A stretch of DNA of 63,713 nucleotides, counting the filler, from Calcarisporiella thermophila CBS 279.70 (lineage: Eukaryota > Fungi > Calcarisporiellomycota), in the NCBI RefSeq assembly GCF_041956535.1. It is 8 parts of 8 records of this genome, joined end to end, with 100 filler letters (N's around TTAATTAATTAA, not from the genome) between each part and the next. Parts side by side here need not be neighbours in the genome. Positions count along the whole stretch, not along the records: positions 22,972 to 38,583 come from NW_027192200.1; positions 38,684 to 41,432 come from NW_027192275.1; positions 41,533 to 44,303 come from NW_027192273.1; positions 44,404 to 49,841 come from NW_027192196.1; 4 more parts are not named here. One strand, written 5' to 3'. Below the pieces are notes generated by a model. It ran no database searches and was not told the DNA's origin. It worked only from the letters and a program-made list of their open reading frames with translations. How positions within the stretch are numbered: position 1 is the stretch's first letter; each line of letters opens with the position of its first letter. The translations under genes were made by a program, and so were the position numbers. Shown here in pieces: positions 35,227 to 48,462 of this stretch.

Positions 35227-35730
35227 ATGAAACCTCTTTCAAACAATATCCGCACTAGCATTATTCAGCTCGCTAAAGAGAGAGAGTCCTCTTATCAAAT
35301 CGCCAATGCATTGGTCATTCATTTCACTACCGCAGCTAAGATTGTAAGAGAAGAAGTAAATCGACCCCCCGATCTTAAAAGGCGATTCGCTGGCCGCTCT
35401 TGTATTTTGAGTAAGAGAGAAGAGAGGAAGGTAGTATCGTTGATAACTTTGGGTCAGTGCAAAAACTCAACCGATGTGAGAAAATTTTTCAAAGAGGAAT
35501 ACAACAGAGAATTGACCGCTGATACCATGAGGAGGGTAATCCAAAGAGAAAAATATTGATTCAAGTGCGCCCAAAGAAGCCTCTTCTCTCAGCTGGACAC
35601 CGTAGTCGGCGCCTGGAGTTCGAGAGAAGGCATTTAAATTGGGCTGTGAAAGATTGGAAGCGAGTGATGTTTTACGATGAGACTAAATTAATGTTTTCAA
35701 ATGCAGCAGGAAAGCAATACCAGCGCAAGT
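35227..35730 (+). mobile_element. Tc1/mariner transposase relic
   Basis: HTH region, GR-x-IL motif, then frameshifted KKPLLSAGHRSRRLEF..WAVKDWKRVMFYDETK. Confidence 0.85.
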
Positions 35731-35897
35731 GATTTTTCAAAAAAAAAAGTACCCAGTGAAACTAATATTTATCCTTTAGACTATGGTGGCATATAACTCT
35801 GAAAATCGTGTAGGGGTTGCAGTTTTATCTCAACATAGTTTCAGTTTTCCTCTGAATGAGGTAACTGAATTATTGATATTTTAACAAAGAATATCGA

Positions 35898-37070
35898 TTA
35901 GTGACTATGATTTTGCGGTCGGCTGTAAATTTTAATATTCTCAGAAACATGACTTGCTACGGTAGTGCGAGGACAGTTGAGATCGTCAGTCCATTCTTCA
36001 CTACCGACACAGTGCCAACAAGTAAACAACTCGTTTGGATCTACCATCTTTTTAATCGCTTTTAGGCGAGGATAATTATCACCAAAGTAGGATTTTTGCC
36101 ACTCTGGATCGTTCCGATCGGACTCGTTCATATAACAACCAGAATCAGGGGTAATCTCTTTAAGCAACTGGGTTGCACGTGTTGTCACATCATTACGAAG
36201 ATTTATCTCTTCTATCGTGACATTAGCTCCCCAGCTACTTCTTAAAATTACGTGTAATATCGCCCTCTGCCAGGCCGGATTAACCGAGGTGTCATTGTAA
36301 TTATTTTGTGCAACAGCATTTCCAGCGAAAAAATGACTTACTGTCAGCCGATCGATAAGAGGTGCGTTATGTACTTGCTTGAATGAGTCAGTTAGTTGAT
36401 CAAGCGATTTATTGGTTTCAAAGTTACTTTTGGGGATCAATCGTGATCCGGAAGCTGCACTGCCACCAACAGGGTCTGTGCATGAATTGTTGTTCATGCA
36501 TTTCAAGGTAAAATACCAATCGGTATACTTGGAGAAAGCAGCCATTTTTTCAAACGCAAATGTGGACCCTTTATGTCTATTCACATAATCTATCAGTGGC
36601 AAGAAGGTTGAGTTGGCATTGATCAATTGGCGCTCGGATTAAGAAAAAAGATGTCAAGGGATTCCTCTATTAGAAAGAAATAGCCTGCCCAACCGGCATC
36701 TGGCATTGATGGCAGAAGTCACAACAGTTCACGAGTTAATCCCTTGGTGCTAGCAGTGCCATTAGTTTGAATGGAATAGAAAGCAGCAGTTACCTCATTG
36801 AGTTCTTTATGGGTTTTATGCGTAACCGATACCACAAATTCAAATGTCCCGCCACCACACCGCGCAAAGCCCAAAACAAATCTTTTCTTTGACAAGAGTT
36901 GGCCATGCGAAGTTTTCCATTTGCGGCGACAAATTTAAATTCCAAGATATTATCTGCATTCAGTCCGAGGAGAGATGAAATGGCACTGTGGCCTCAACCT
37001 TGAACTTAGCCACCAGCAGCTCCCACCGTCCGTGACGAGACGCCTACCACGACTAAGCAACGTTCACCAG
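35898..37070 (-). pseudogene. FAD-linked oxidoreductase (berberine-bridge-enzyme-like) pseudogene lacking its 5' part
   Basis: TVGAAGG*VQG*GHS, GLNADNILEF and DLFWALRG carry stops/frameshifts. The C-terminal BBE region SVNPAW..GCYMNESD..YFGDNYPRLKAIKKMVDP..CWHCVGS is intact. Confidence 0.85.
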
Positions 37071-37073
37071 CAG

Positions 37074-38584
37074 TTATTGAAGGTGAGTAAGGTATGATGC
37101 ATCGATGCATTTATTTCGAAGTACCTCCTCTATAGCCTCAATAACCAATGGCTCATCCATGACCCAATAGAAGCTATTATTATCGCGGTGCAGGGCACAT
37201 AAGTTGTAAATGAATGAAACCTTGCCACGATGAAGTTTGAATGCCATAACCATGCGACAAAAAAGAGGTGCGATCTCCTTGTACTTTTCAATTTTGCTTT
37301 CAATTTCTGCAACTAGGTCCACTCTCAACAGTTGAATAGTCTGATTCATAGCTTTATCAATTAATTCTTGCTTGAATCCAGTACCAGTATCGCATAAAGC
37401 AGAGAGCTCTTTAATGACTCTGGTTCCAAATCGAGCACGTCCACTGAGCTTCTGTCGCTTGGCATCGGCAATTACGCAACCATCCAAGTTAAGATTCCTC
37501 TTTAACATTTTCTCCACAGCCTCACCATCACATGATGGGAAGTTGACAATCTTTAAAAAGTTCTCAGGCTTGCCGGTCGCCATATAGACATGGTCTGCAT
37601 TGCCAAAAGATAGTGAGGTTCCAAGGACAATTAAAGTCGCGCGTATCCTGGAAACTGATGAACACAAAGGCGTGAGAAAGCCACGACGATATATGCTCTT
37701 TAACATTAACTTGTTGTCCATTAGATCCTTCTCGCTCTTGTTGACTGCTGATGGTGCAATAAACCGACCTTTCAGGATGTATTCTTCTGCTATATGCGCC
37801 TCATCTAATGCAATTGCGAGTCCTCTATTGCCGATCTTCTCCGCAATTATGTTCTGAACTCGTCGGAACATTGCTCGAATTGTAATGTTATCATACACAC
37901 GTAGTGCTTCCACTAGTTCTCCGATTGTTGACATTCCATTAGTAGTCTGCTCGCGGAAGAACTGTTCTGGTGAGAGATCACTGTTAATGTCGAAGAGCAT
38001 CAACAGGAACAACAGGCGAGCTAGGAACTCTAGGTTGATGCGATCTTCGATTAAGCCTTTCAGCCTGCTGTCCTTGGATAATACCTGATCAAATGACTCT
38101 GGAGGCTTCTCATATACCCTGCGATGAAAATCATAGGCTTCTTTCGCGAGATTGTCAAAATTTGGATCCTGAAATCCCGGTGGTTTGCGAGAGTGTCGAT
38201 CAGTACATACAACGTACACAACAAAGTGATGTCTTGCCAAATCAACTACTGTGGCTGTTTTCCCTGATCCTGACCGAGCGATCAATGCTACAACGCAGTG
38301 GTCAGTTAACTTGCTAGCATCGCCGTTAACAATATCAAGCAAAGTTTGAGGATTATCTGAAGTTACTGTTGGGTCCATGTCCAACAACTTTCCGAGCATT
38401 GGTAGGTTGATGTCTGCCGCTGTATGGCCATATGGTAAAATGGATTTATAGAAGCGGCCGAATATTTTCTTTTGACTCTGCTCGACGCTAGCTTTATCCA
38501 CTATGTGAGCATTGTGGCTCTTTTTCGATATGGAGATGATTTGGTTCAGTGTTGCAGTAATTCGGTCATGTTGAACGAATATCN
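37074..38584 (-). pseudogene. Crinkler-type P-loop NTPase gene fragment (both ends missing)
   Basis: Walker A ARSGSGKT, Walker B IALDEAH, GTSLS, GRARF and MDEPLVIEA. It starts at a gap and stops abruptly against the BBE pseudogene. Confidence 0.65.
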
Positions 38585-38882
38585 NNNNNNNNNNNNNNNN
38601 NNNNNNNNNNNNNNNNNNNNNNNNNNNTTAATTAATTAANNNNNNNNNNNNNNNNNNNNNNNNNNNNNNNNNNNNNNNNNNNNACTGCTCTTTTCGCGTT
38701 TCATTTGACGAAATCTCAGCCAGCCGATTTTATATATATATTCGGCTGTTTCTCTCTTTTCCCTTTATTTCTATCGCTTCCTCTAATTTGCACGGCTCCA
38801 GCCAATGAGATAACTTATCCATCCGCCATTCCGCCTTTTTCCACTCTGCTTCTCGCGCATCAAAGGGACTTAGCTCGCATAC

Positions 38883-41272
38883 ATGGAGGCCACGTCCGTC
38901 CATCTCACCCCTCACTCCATCACCGACAAATCAAGACCTGCTTCCACCACCTCCAAACGCAAGATCGAGCGGTATGATGCCGAGTGGGTCGAGGCATACC
39001 GCAGGGAGATCAAGAAATACAAGTTCTACCTTGATGGGGTGGAGGACAGCGCCAAGATAAAGCTCGCAAGCCAGATTGCGCTGCTTGGAGGGGTGAGTAT
39101 TCTCCAACGGCTACGAAGGAGGAGATTTGCTGGTGCATGTTGGGTTGGGACTAACCGGAGTGGTTTTCACTGGATAGACGGTGGAGTCTTTCTTTTCCAC
39201 AAACTGCACGCACCTTGTCACAACACGCCCGTTCACTCCCGCGCCCAAGGCAAAACCCTCAGAGTCACAGGCCCCGAGCACTCGACCGTCCGACGCCATG
39301 CACAGCGACACGAGAACCCCCCGTGTGGCGAATACCCCAGCCGCGATGGACTCAGCATATGGGTCGTCGACTGCCAAAGCCAATACGGTAGGTCAGGACA
39401 TGACCCCGCTTGGGTCGAGGGGACAGGAAGGGAGGGTGTTGTTGGAGAGCTCTGTGTAAGTATTGGCTGTTTGAAGTTATGGAAGGTGAATGGCAGAATA
39501 ACGAGCACATGGGTGTTGATGCTGTAGGGTTAAGCAACGATCTCCGAGCAAGGCGCTGACAAAGGTGAGGATGCTTTTTGAGCACGGGGGGGGGGGTTGG
39601 AGCCAAGTTTAACCGATGTATGCCTCTCTCTGCTTTAGAGTTTCCCCACGCCTTATCGAGGTGTCCCCACCGAGCTTGCACAAGCTAAGGATGACATCGT
39701 CAGCAAAGCACAGACATGGGGACTTAAAGTATGGGCCTTGGACAGTGAGTATAATTCCGTGGCCATGATGATGGCGATGCACCCCGCGTTGTAGGGAGAG
39801 AGCGACTAATGGCTGATTACATGCACATAGAGCTGCACCGATTCTTGAAACCACTTCTCGCGGATCTTGTCGACCGCAACCATTTCACACTTCCCGTGCC
39901 CAAGCACGAGCTCTCACGACTGCTCGAGGAGGAGCGGATGTTTGGGCTGCGCACCAGCCAGATTCACCGCAACGACTACCACTACTTCACGGAGTACTAC
40001 ATCCTTGTCGAGGACATGTCAGGGCACTATCGGCCGATCCTGGAACGCGAGTATCCACGGTCGGGGAGAGACGAGAACGGGCGAGCACGGCCCTATCCTC
40101 GGCTGTACAATACATTGCCTGGGAAGTGTCCGTTTGCCAAGCCTGAACCGGAGGAAGACGAGGGGCGCAGAGCGAAGAGACTGAAGCTAAGCACTACTCG
40201 AAATGAGCACAAGAAAGAGAAGGGCGACGGAGAGGGAGAGGGAGAGGGAGAGGGAGAGGGAGAGGAGAAGGGAGAGGGTGAGGAGAGAGGGGAAATGGAG
40301 AAAGAGAAAGAAGGAGGAGAGGGGAGAGGGGAGGAGGGAGGCAGAGAGCAAGAGAGAATGGAGGATATAGAAGGACAGAAGAAGGAGGAGGAGGCCGAAG
40401 TAGAGCCGGGACTAGAACCAGAAGCAGAAGCATATGCGGAGGATTGCGAGGAGGAACAAGAAGAAGACGATGGAGAGGGGGAGAGCGATAAGGAGAACGG
40501 TGAGAAGGCGATGCTGGAGATGGAGATGGAGATGCAAACGGGGAACATATCGGCGGAGAAGCGAGGCACTCGAGGATATCGGCCCAGCTATGGGATGCAC
40601 TCGATAGCGTCAGGGATAGTTCCGTCGATCACCTCACTGTCAGCACAGCAGATGAACCCGACACGACCCGAGCAGCATAACCGGCAACTTGTACAGCTTG
40701 GCAAGCGGGTTCTCCGTCAGCAACACAAGGAGGAAGGGGATGACCAGCACCATACGGGACACACGACCACCCACACCACCAAGACTGGCAGCCCAGGCAC
40801 CAATGACAGCCGCAAACGCAAGCGCACTTCGTGCTCTCGTCGCGATCGCATAGTTGTCAAGAACGAGGGATACTGCGAGAATTGCCGCACCAAATTCAGG
40901 GACCTGGGCGAGCATGTGCTGACGGTGACGCATCGGCGATTTGCGACCAACGCGGAGAACTTCGAGGCACTAGACAAGGTGCTGATGAAGGTTCAACGAC
41001 CGCTGAGGAAAGGGATACGGAGGGGAGCCGTGGGCAGGAGCAGCGGCATGGAGGAGGGAACAGGAAGTGAAAGCGGAGAGGGTGGTGCAGGAGAAGGAGA
41101 CGGTGAGCTGGGAGAGGAGGACGAGGGGGAGGAATACGAGGACGAGGAGCTGGACAGGGTCAAGCTGGTGGTTGAGCGAAAGCGATGGCGCACAGGGCAG
41201 ATCAGCAGTTTCGGCGAGGTGCGGGCGGACCCGCGGTTCTTCAGCGAGTGTGCCAAGGTGTTTGTTGAGTAG
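38883..41272 (+). CDS. DBF4: Dbf4/Dfp1 regulatory subunit of Cdc7 kinase, multi-exon
   Basis: Motif N (KFYLDG..LGG|VESFFSTNCTHLVTTR; KVWALD), motif M (YILVEDMSGHYRPILEREY..GKCPF) and motif C zinc finger GYCENCRTKFRDLGEHVLTVTHRRFA. Confidence 0.88.
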
Positions 41273-44200
41273 GGGGAGACGCTAGCAAAAGAGTTTTTAC
41301 TTTGTCTTTATTGGACTTTTTACTTTCATCAATAATGATATAAGGAACAATAAATATCGAACCCAAGCTAGGATGAAGTTGAGGCTCGTCTGCAGAGAGT
41401 GATACGGGTAGAACAAAAGATCGACATACAAANNNNNNNNNNNNNNNNNNNNNNNNNNNNNNNNNNNNNNNNNNNNTTAATTAATTAANNNNNNNNNNNN
41501 NNNNNNNNNNNNNNNNNNNNNNNNNNNNNNNNAACTTTCATGAGTTTAAGCCAACCCGACGGTATGGAGGGCGAGAGTAGAGACCACTATAATCCAGCAT
41601 ATCCACAGGCTCTCGTTAGACATGGGTTTTTTATTCTGAATCGTGAAGTAGACGGCCCTTTTTGTTACATGTCTCATTTTATAAGAAGTTGAACCGGGAA
41701 GGGTCTTCAGGAGTTTTCAAGAACTATCTTATTGAATTTCTGAATATCTAGTGGAGTCCTCGAGCTGCAGTATTGTCGATGATCTCTAGGATAGAATAAC
41801 CGGTCCCACCCTTGCTCGTGGACATCCCATAGTTCCCGAGTGGCGTAGAAATATAAATTCAAACGGTGCGTCCCTTCGTCGTTATTTTCCCCACTGTGTT
41901 TCCCACAATGTTTACACGAACTGCATGCGAGAAATAAGGATTGCGCACATAATAACTCATCTCTTGTTGCGTGAAATCCACATTCTCTACTTGCTGATAC
42001 GCCAAGTCTTTCGGGTATCTAATTGCGTTTGGAGGAGCAGGAGTATCCGCAACCAAGGACAGGACTAGTTCATTTATCAATCAGCACTTGGAGACTTTGG
42101 ATTTCACGCGGTAATAGCAGAAGAGCAACTATGTGTGGAATCCTCATTTCTCGTATGAAGCTCGGGTAAACACTGCAACAAAAACAATAAGGAGTTATGA
42201 CGGCAAAAGATGGACATTAACAAAAAGCTATACTTAAAATAATTGATGGAACTGGAAGCCCTTCCTAGCTGAGCATCTGGAAAAGTGCGGCGCACAGAAA
42301 CAAACTCTGGCCATGTTTGCGAGTCTTTGATAATAATAGTACTATCATCAACCAGGGGTATTATGTTGAACATCGGAGATACAGTATACAAATGATTATC
42401 ACTTGGATTTCTTGCAATTTACCATTTTACGTACTGTGTATAAACTTGTATATAAACTAGCCGCATATTTTGAATTACTTTAATATCGATGAGCTATTGC
42501 TTTTCATTCTGTATAAAGTGGGAGTTATTATTAATAATAATAATAATAACGGTAGTGTAGGCAAAATTGAAGCACCAGTAGTCGAGAGTCTATTGACAGT
42601 TTCATCAGAGGCGATCTCCAGGAGAATAGATCTGCTTGTAGATTCTAGGCGTAAAATTTAGAAAATGATTAATGCGAATGAAAAACATTTGATCCTTGAT
42701 AGGCTAGTATCTTGTATATAATACGAGTTATGTAACAATAATAATAATAAACCACTGTGTCAAAATAAAGAGAGTTCTACTTCCTCTTTCAATGAGAAGG
42801 ACCTATTATGATTACAAGCTGAATCATATACGGTAGCTTAAGAGCGCATTTTCTGGGTAAAGGTTTGCACGACTCTTGGCGGATGAGCATTACTTGGTTG
42901 ACAATGGGTCAAGGTAGTTGATTAATAAATATTCTCGGGGCATCGAACCTACAGTATAATTGCAATCTTTACGGGAGACGAAATCTAAGAGTAAAATATA
43001 TTACTGTATATCAATAAAAAGATACCGGAAATGAAATTCTTCAATCATATAGGCAATGGGACTCCTAAATACTGTAATTATCGATATTCAAAAATAATAA
43101 AGGCATAAAGTGTAGTGAATTGTAGCTTAAGTTTCCAGATTTTGCAAACACAGTTATGCAAAACTATAGAATAACCAGCCGAGGTAATATACTGTATTTA
43201 CTCAAGAAAAAAAGAGATAGTTAAGACAAAAGTATTCGTTGTAGAGAAGCGACCAAATATCATGGTCTTGGTATCGATGGATTGCAAAAAAAAAAACAAA
43301 TAATAAAGCCAGCGATAGAGTACACTGGATTAAAATATACTATACGCAATGCGATAGAATTTCCAAGTAGAAACTATAGACAAGGGAAGAAGGTACGCTA
43401 TGACTGAATTTACACAGTAGAATGGTATAAAATACTACAAAAATAGAGTAAAATAGTATACAAAAGAAATGTAATTCACAACCTCAAAGGGTAATAAAAA
43501 ATGCATAATATACTTTAGAGCGTAAAGTATTATTTAATTTAAGAATAGCAAATGAAGAGTGGTGTATGTTAACTACAGTAATACATTAAAGTATAAAAGC
43601 AACATTATCCTAATTCTAACATTGTGATTGTCTTGTGGCTTCGTAAACAAGTTGAATCGAATGTGAAATAATTTAGTAAGTTGATAAAAAGGATAAAGCC
43701 TTGCGACAAAAATATTATTATTATTGTATTTCTAAAATATATGTAGTCAGAGTATATAGAGGGTTTACAAAATGAGGCTTTTTTTTTAATAATGTTACCA
43801 AATTTGTAGTGTACGATAACTTGAAAGTAATTCTTTGGATCATTGACAACAAAATGAGATTTTGCAGTATTTTTCAGTATTTAAGTAAATGGTTAAATGT
43901 TATAGAGTTGAGAAAATTTCATAGATTATTCCGACAAATTGTACCGTCTTCATATTGCAATTTTCTGAGCATCTTACAGTATTTTTATATTTTTACCACT
44001 CGCGTATTACTATAAGATAGAATAAGGTAAGGAAATTTGAAGTAGATTCTGAGTATACACGATGTGAGATATAATTTTTTGACGGTAGGTGGGGTAAACG
44101 GGTTTTGCAGTGTGCAAACCAATCAGGTTTTACAGCACACAGTATATGAAGTAAGTCCAGATGTCATTATTTAAGGGTATATAGAGCAAAAAAGAGACAA

Positions 44201-45059
44201 AACGTGTGACGAAAGTAATTTGCGACTTCCGGACTCCTATAGTAAAATAATAGTAAAATAAAAGAGAAAAATAGGAGTAAGGGTCAGAAAACAAATAGCT
44301 GAANNNNNNNNNNNNNNNNNNNNNNNNNNNNNNNNNNNNNNNNNNNNTTAATTAATTAANNNNNNNNNNNNNNNNNNNNNNNNNNNNNNNNNNNNNNNNN
44401 NNNATGCGGCATACTGTACCTCATGGAACGGAGGAATGATAAGAGCATTAAGAAAAACCTTGCAATTTCTCCAACATTCATGGGGCATACTGTAAGGAAA
44501 TGAACTTAGCCAAGTCCTAAGCCTATGTCCTTAGAACCTTTGCTTAGCATCGATCTTGATCCATCAAAGACCAAGCAACACCCATCCGCCAAGAACAATA
44601 CAAGCATTTACCCATGAAAACCCACTTTAGCTTAGTTATACTTTTATCCTTTTTACATTATTTAAGACACACGATCATTCGTCAGAATTGGTTTTAGGAA
44701 TCACTCAATGTCACTCTTCCCTTAGTTTTCTTTAGTCAATTTCCCTTTTTTGTCTTTAGAATAAACCTTGCCTTTATATTTCTTAGCAAAACCAAGTGTC
44801 CTTCCTTATATTCCTTATACATACTGTAATGAATGAATCGTGTCCTCACCTTATTTAAAGAATGGGGAAAGGTGAGGAGCCAAAAAATCAAGGAATTAGG
44901 AGGTATATAAAGAAGAATTCAAGAATAACAAAGCTGCATCACAAAACTAGATCGTAATTTATAATTAAATGAAAGAAATGAGTACATGTGTGTATAAAAT
45001 GTATTAAATGAATGGCGTGAAAAAAAAAAAATGGATCGGGACTCGGTCGTGTTACAACA

Positions 45060-46055
45060 TTAGGATATACATTTATTGAAACTAATATTTGTGTCTAAGT
45101 CACGCTTCATTTCATCCCAGGGTTTAAAGACTTCTTTATATTTCTGCTCTATAGATTTGTCTGTTATCTTGAAGGGCTTGATGACTCCAGTATAGTGTAT
45201 CACTTTCATTTCAGATTCAAAGCGCCTCCAGGCCAACTTTTGTCTCTCCCAGAAAGCAACGTTAAAATTATATTGCTCTGGCAGATGTATATATCGAAAA
45301 CGGAAATACTCGTTAAGAAACCCTTGTTCTGCCCAATATGCATCATAATCATCAGTTAATTTATACAGTCTCATAAGCTCTTGAAAAACACGCCGATTGG
45401 GTCTGACAACCAGAACTCCGGCGTTGAAGTCTTGCGATATAGAGCCATAGTTATCTAACGCCGAAGCGAATTCGAATCCCTCTTTGTTCAAATACGTATC
45501 TTTGTCGACCAATCTGAACAGCTCTTGTATATTGTCGCGGACGATTGTGTCAGCATCTAGATATACGAGTGCATCGAACTCTGTGGAATTCCACAAGTGC
45601 AGCTTAAGATAGTTATCTCTGAACTGCTCTTTAACGCCTCCCGTGGGGATATCGATTTCGTTCACGGGATACAATTGCCATCCAACAGAAGTTAAGCGAC
45701 ATACCACGTCGGCACTGAAGGGTTTATCTTTCTTATATATCAGATGCATGGGTATGTCGGGGTGGAATTTGCGAATCGAAAATGCTAGAACTAAAACCCC
45801 ACTTAGATAATCTGTGGTATACATGGCTGAAAAGAAAGCGTATTTTCTGCCGGCTGGCAAAGACAGATCCATGTTGTTCACGGTTATATTATCATGTTTG
45901 AAACAACTGTAAGCATCGTGGCAGGCATAGTTGGGATCAATAAGAGGTGATATATACTTAGGTTGGTAATAATAATCGATCATTTTAAGTGATATCATAC
46001 AGGTGATAATTATCATTATTATCAATATACTTCTATAAACCAAAGAGCCCCTCAT
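45060..46055 (-). CDS. Glycosyltransferase family 8, type II membrane protein (intronless)
   Basis: N-terminal TM anchor, YLSGVLVLAFSIR, KLHLWN.TEFDALVYLDADTIV (DxD), FNAGVLVVRP, AEQGFLNEYF and HYTGVIKPF. Confidence 0.92.
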   Translation of the reverse strand: MRGSLVYRSILIIMIIITCMISLKMIDYYYQPKYISPLIDPNYACHDAYSCFKHDNITVNNMDLSLPAGRKYAFFSAMYTTDYLSGVLVLAFSIRKFHPDIPMHLIYKKDKPFSADVVCRLTSVGWQLYPVNEIDIPTGGVKEQFRDNYLKLHLWNSTEFDALVYLDADTIVRDNIQELFRLVDKDTYLNKEGFEFASALDNYGSISQDFNAGVLVVRPNRRVFQELMRLYKLTDDYDAYWAEQGFLNEYFRFRYIHLPEQYNFNVAFWERQKLAWRRFESEMKVIHYTGVIKPFKITDKSIEQKYKEVFKPWDEMKRDLDTNISFNKCIS

Positions 46056-46139
46056 TTTCCTTGTCAATCTACTAATCTGTTAATCTTTTAATTATTTTTT
46101 CTTTATCCTTATATATTCCTCTGGAAGTAGCTCAAATTC

Positions 46140-46750
46140 AACCAATAAACGGCCTCATCATCGTGAAGCATGGACTTCTGACTTAGTACGCAGTTTATTT
46201 TTAAATTATATATTTTTCAGACCCCGGAGCTCAAAAAGCCCCGATAAGAAGTCGGGAATAAACCTTGTTCTTAAATTTATAGCCGAATCCACGTGTCCTT
46301 CCTTACACGAGGCAAAGCCGCGAAGTCTTGTCACATTTACCGGTCAGCAATTGGTGAGATTTAATCAGGAGGAAAGCCTCATCTGGACCCCTTGGTCGCT
46401 GAGGTCCTTAGAGAAGCAGCTATAGAGGCGCCACCTCCGCAAAGCTTTGGTTACATCTTACCCTATATAAAAAGGCAACAAACAAAGCTTTGCGGAGATT
46501 GATTGCTGCGCAATTTTAAACTTCACAAGATTATTGTTCAAAGGTTTGTATATGGCAATTTCCACAATAAATCAGACCAAAAATATATAAGGAAATAAGG
46601 ATTACGAAAATTAATTGGGCCAAACTATTTAGATATAAATTCAACACTAAGCCTAGCTTCGACGGCTTAATAAAAATGGAATAGGCAGTTAGCAGTCCAT
46701 GTTTCACGATAATGAGGCTGTTTATTGGACAAAATGAGCTGCTTTCAGAG
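46140..46750. mobile_element. DIRS terminal-repeat relics in inverted orientation
   Basis: 46142-46183 is the reverse complement of, and 46648-46745 a diverged direct copy of, the terminus at 25425-25525. Confidence 0.65.
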
Positions 46751-48360
46751 AATATCCCTACAAAACGCCTTCGTTTGGATAATTGGCTAAAACCGTTATG
46801 GGAGTTTTTAGAAAATTTCCAAATTCTATATGATTTGGCCCAAAACTGGTGTATGGAATATGAACTCTGGTCAGATGGCCCAAAATACAACCAAGACTCA
46901 GAGACTTAGCTTAGGCCTACAGAACAATTATTATGTTCCTGATTTCCTAGGTTATTTAAGCAGCCAAAAAACCTAATTTTGAGCTCCGCTGGCAAAAAAC
47001 CTTATTTGGGATCCAACCAAGCCGTCAATTTTGGGGCTTAGCTTTTATCGTATATGTCTGATATGTACAACCAGAAGAATGAGAATACATCTGAATATTT
47101 TTTGTGTTTGTCTGTAACCTACAGCCAGAAGCGTGAGAATACAACCCTATAAGAAGTCCACGTTTGGAAAATGCTTGGATTGATGTAACGATAAAATGCT
47201 TAAAAATGACACAGTGAAAATGCAAATTTCCTATGTCACAAAATACTTATTTGGAAGGAGTTTGTAGGTCCATTACACAGAGTTTCAATTAATTATGCTT
47301 GAATTAATAATATTTGATTATTTATTGAATTATTAATTAGGATCACTTTTTAATGCTCTAATAGTATTTAAATAATTAATCCACAGAATCACTCTGGACA
47401 TTACCTCATTGCATCCGGTGCTCCCCATCATTGGGTAGCTTGGGCCGCTCTTTGTAGCCACATGCGATTCTCTCGACGCTTTCTTCATTGCTGCTCATAC
47501 CGTCAAAAAATTACCTCTTCTTCATTAATTACATCAAGTAACATGACTGGAACATTCAGCACGCCGATTTTCTTTCTTGTATTCTCTGAATCTTTTTCGT
47601 CAACTCTGATTGTTTCTTTGCGGAGCGTACTCATATCCCGACTGCATGTATCTAAGGAAAATAAAGGAAGAAATTAATCGAACAATTATAGAATCCTGGC
47701 TAAGATTTTAGCAACTGAAATATGAAAAAAAAGTTTGTTATTTTTTCTAATTCACCTGTTCTTTTTAATTTTCTGAATGCACGCGTGGTCTCTGTGCCTT
47801 CTTTGTATTCAACTTGCTTAAATGGATACGAATTCTTGTCTGAGTAAAATCCCTTTGAGAATCGATTCAACGAATTTCTCTGAATGATATTCAAAATGAC
47901 AAAAGGATCTCATATTACTGCCTATATGTAGCATTATTTAATTAAAAAATGAACCATAAACTATTACTTACTTCTGTTATAATACGATTGCTTAATCTAT
48001 TCGAACATCGCCCATTCCGAGCTAGTGCCTAGAAATTTTTAAGTTCCTCATTATATTTAAAGTTTTTTATATTAGTTTGGAGTAGTAATTTAGTAGCAAA
48101 TACTGTATATCAATTTAGCTACATACCGCAACCTTGATTCTACGCATATTTTATTGAAACCGAATACTAGAGAGTAAATTTTAGAACCTTAAATTCAGTA
48201 ATACGAGTCGCTCCTTACATGCTAATAAACTCTCACGATAGCTTCTTACTAAAAAACTGGTTCGATTGATCACTGGCTGCATCCACAGATACAGTATATA
48301 TTTTTAAATAATATTAATACCATAGCAACTTTTGTTTTCATAGCCACTTTTATACAACTA

Positions 48361-48462
48361 TGGAATCGAATTGAATACACATGGGAGCACATGGATCAGT
48401 CATATATCGACAAGCTCAACGAAAGTATGCCGAGGAGGATCCGTGCAGTTTATAAAGCTAAG
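48361..48462 (+). mobile_element. Tc1 transposase C-terminal relic
   Basis: Translates as WNRIEYTWEHMDQSYIDKLNESMPRRIRAVYKAK. Confidence 0.7.

Noticed and set aside
41700-42400. Coding-like minus-strand fragments
   Set aside because: Interrupted by stops and I cannot assign a family; possibly a pseudogene.
47050-47150. Two ~30 bp imperfect direct repeats (ccagaag..tgagaataca)
   Set aside because: Only two copies with no further structure.
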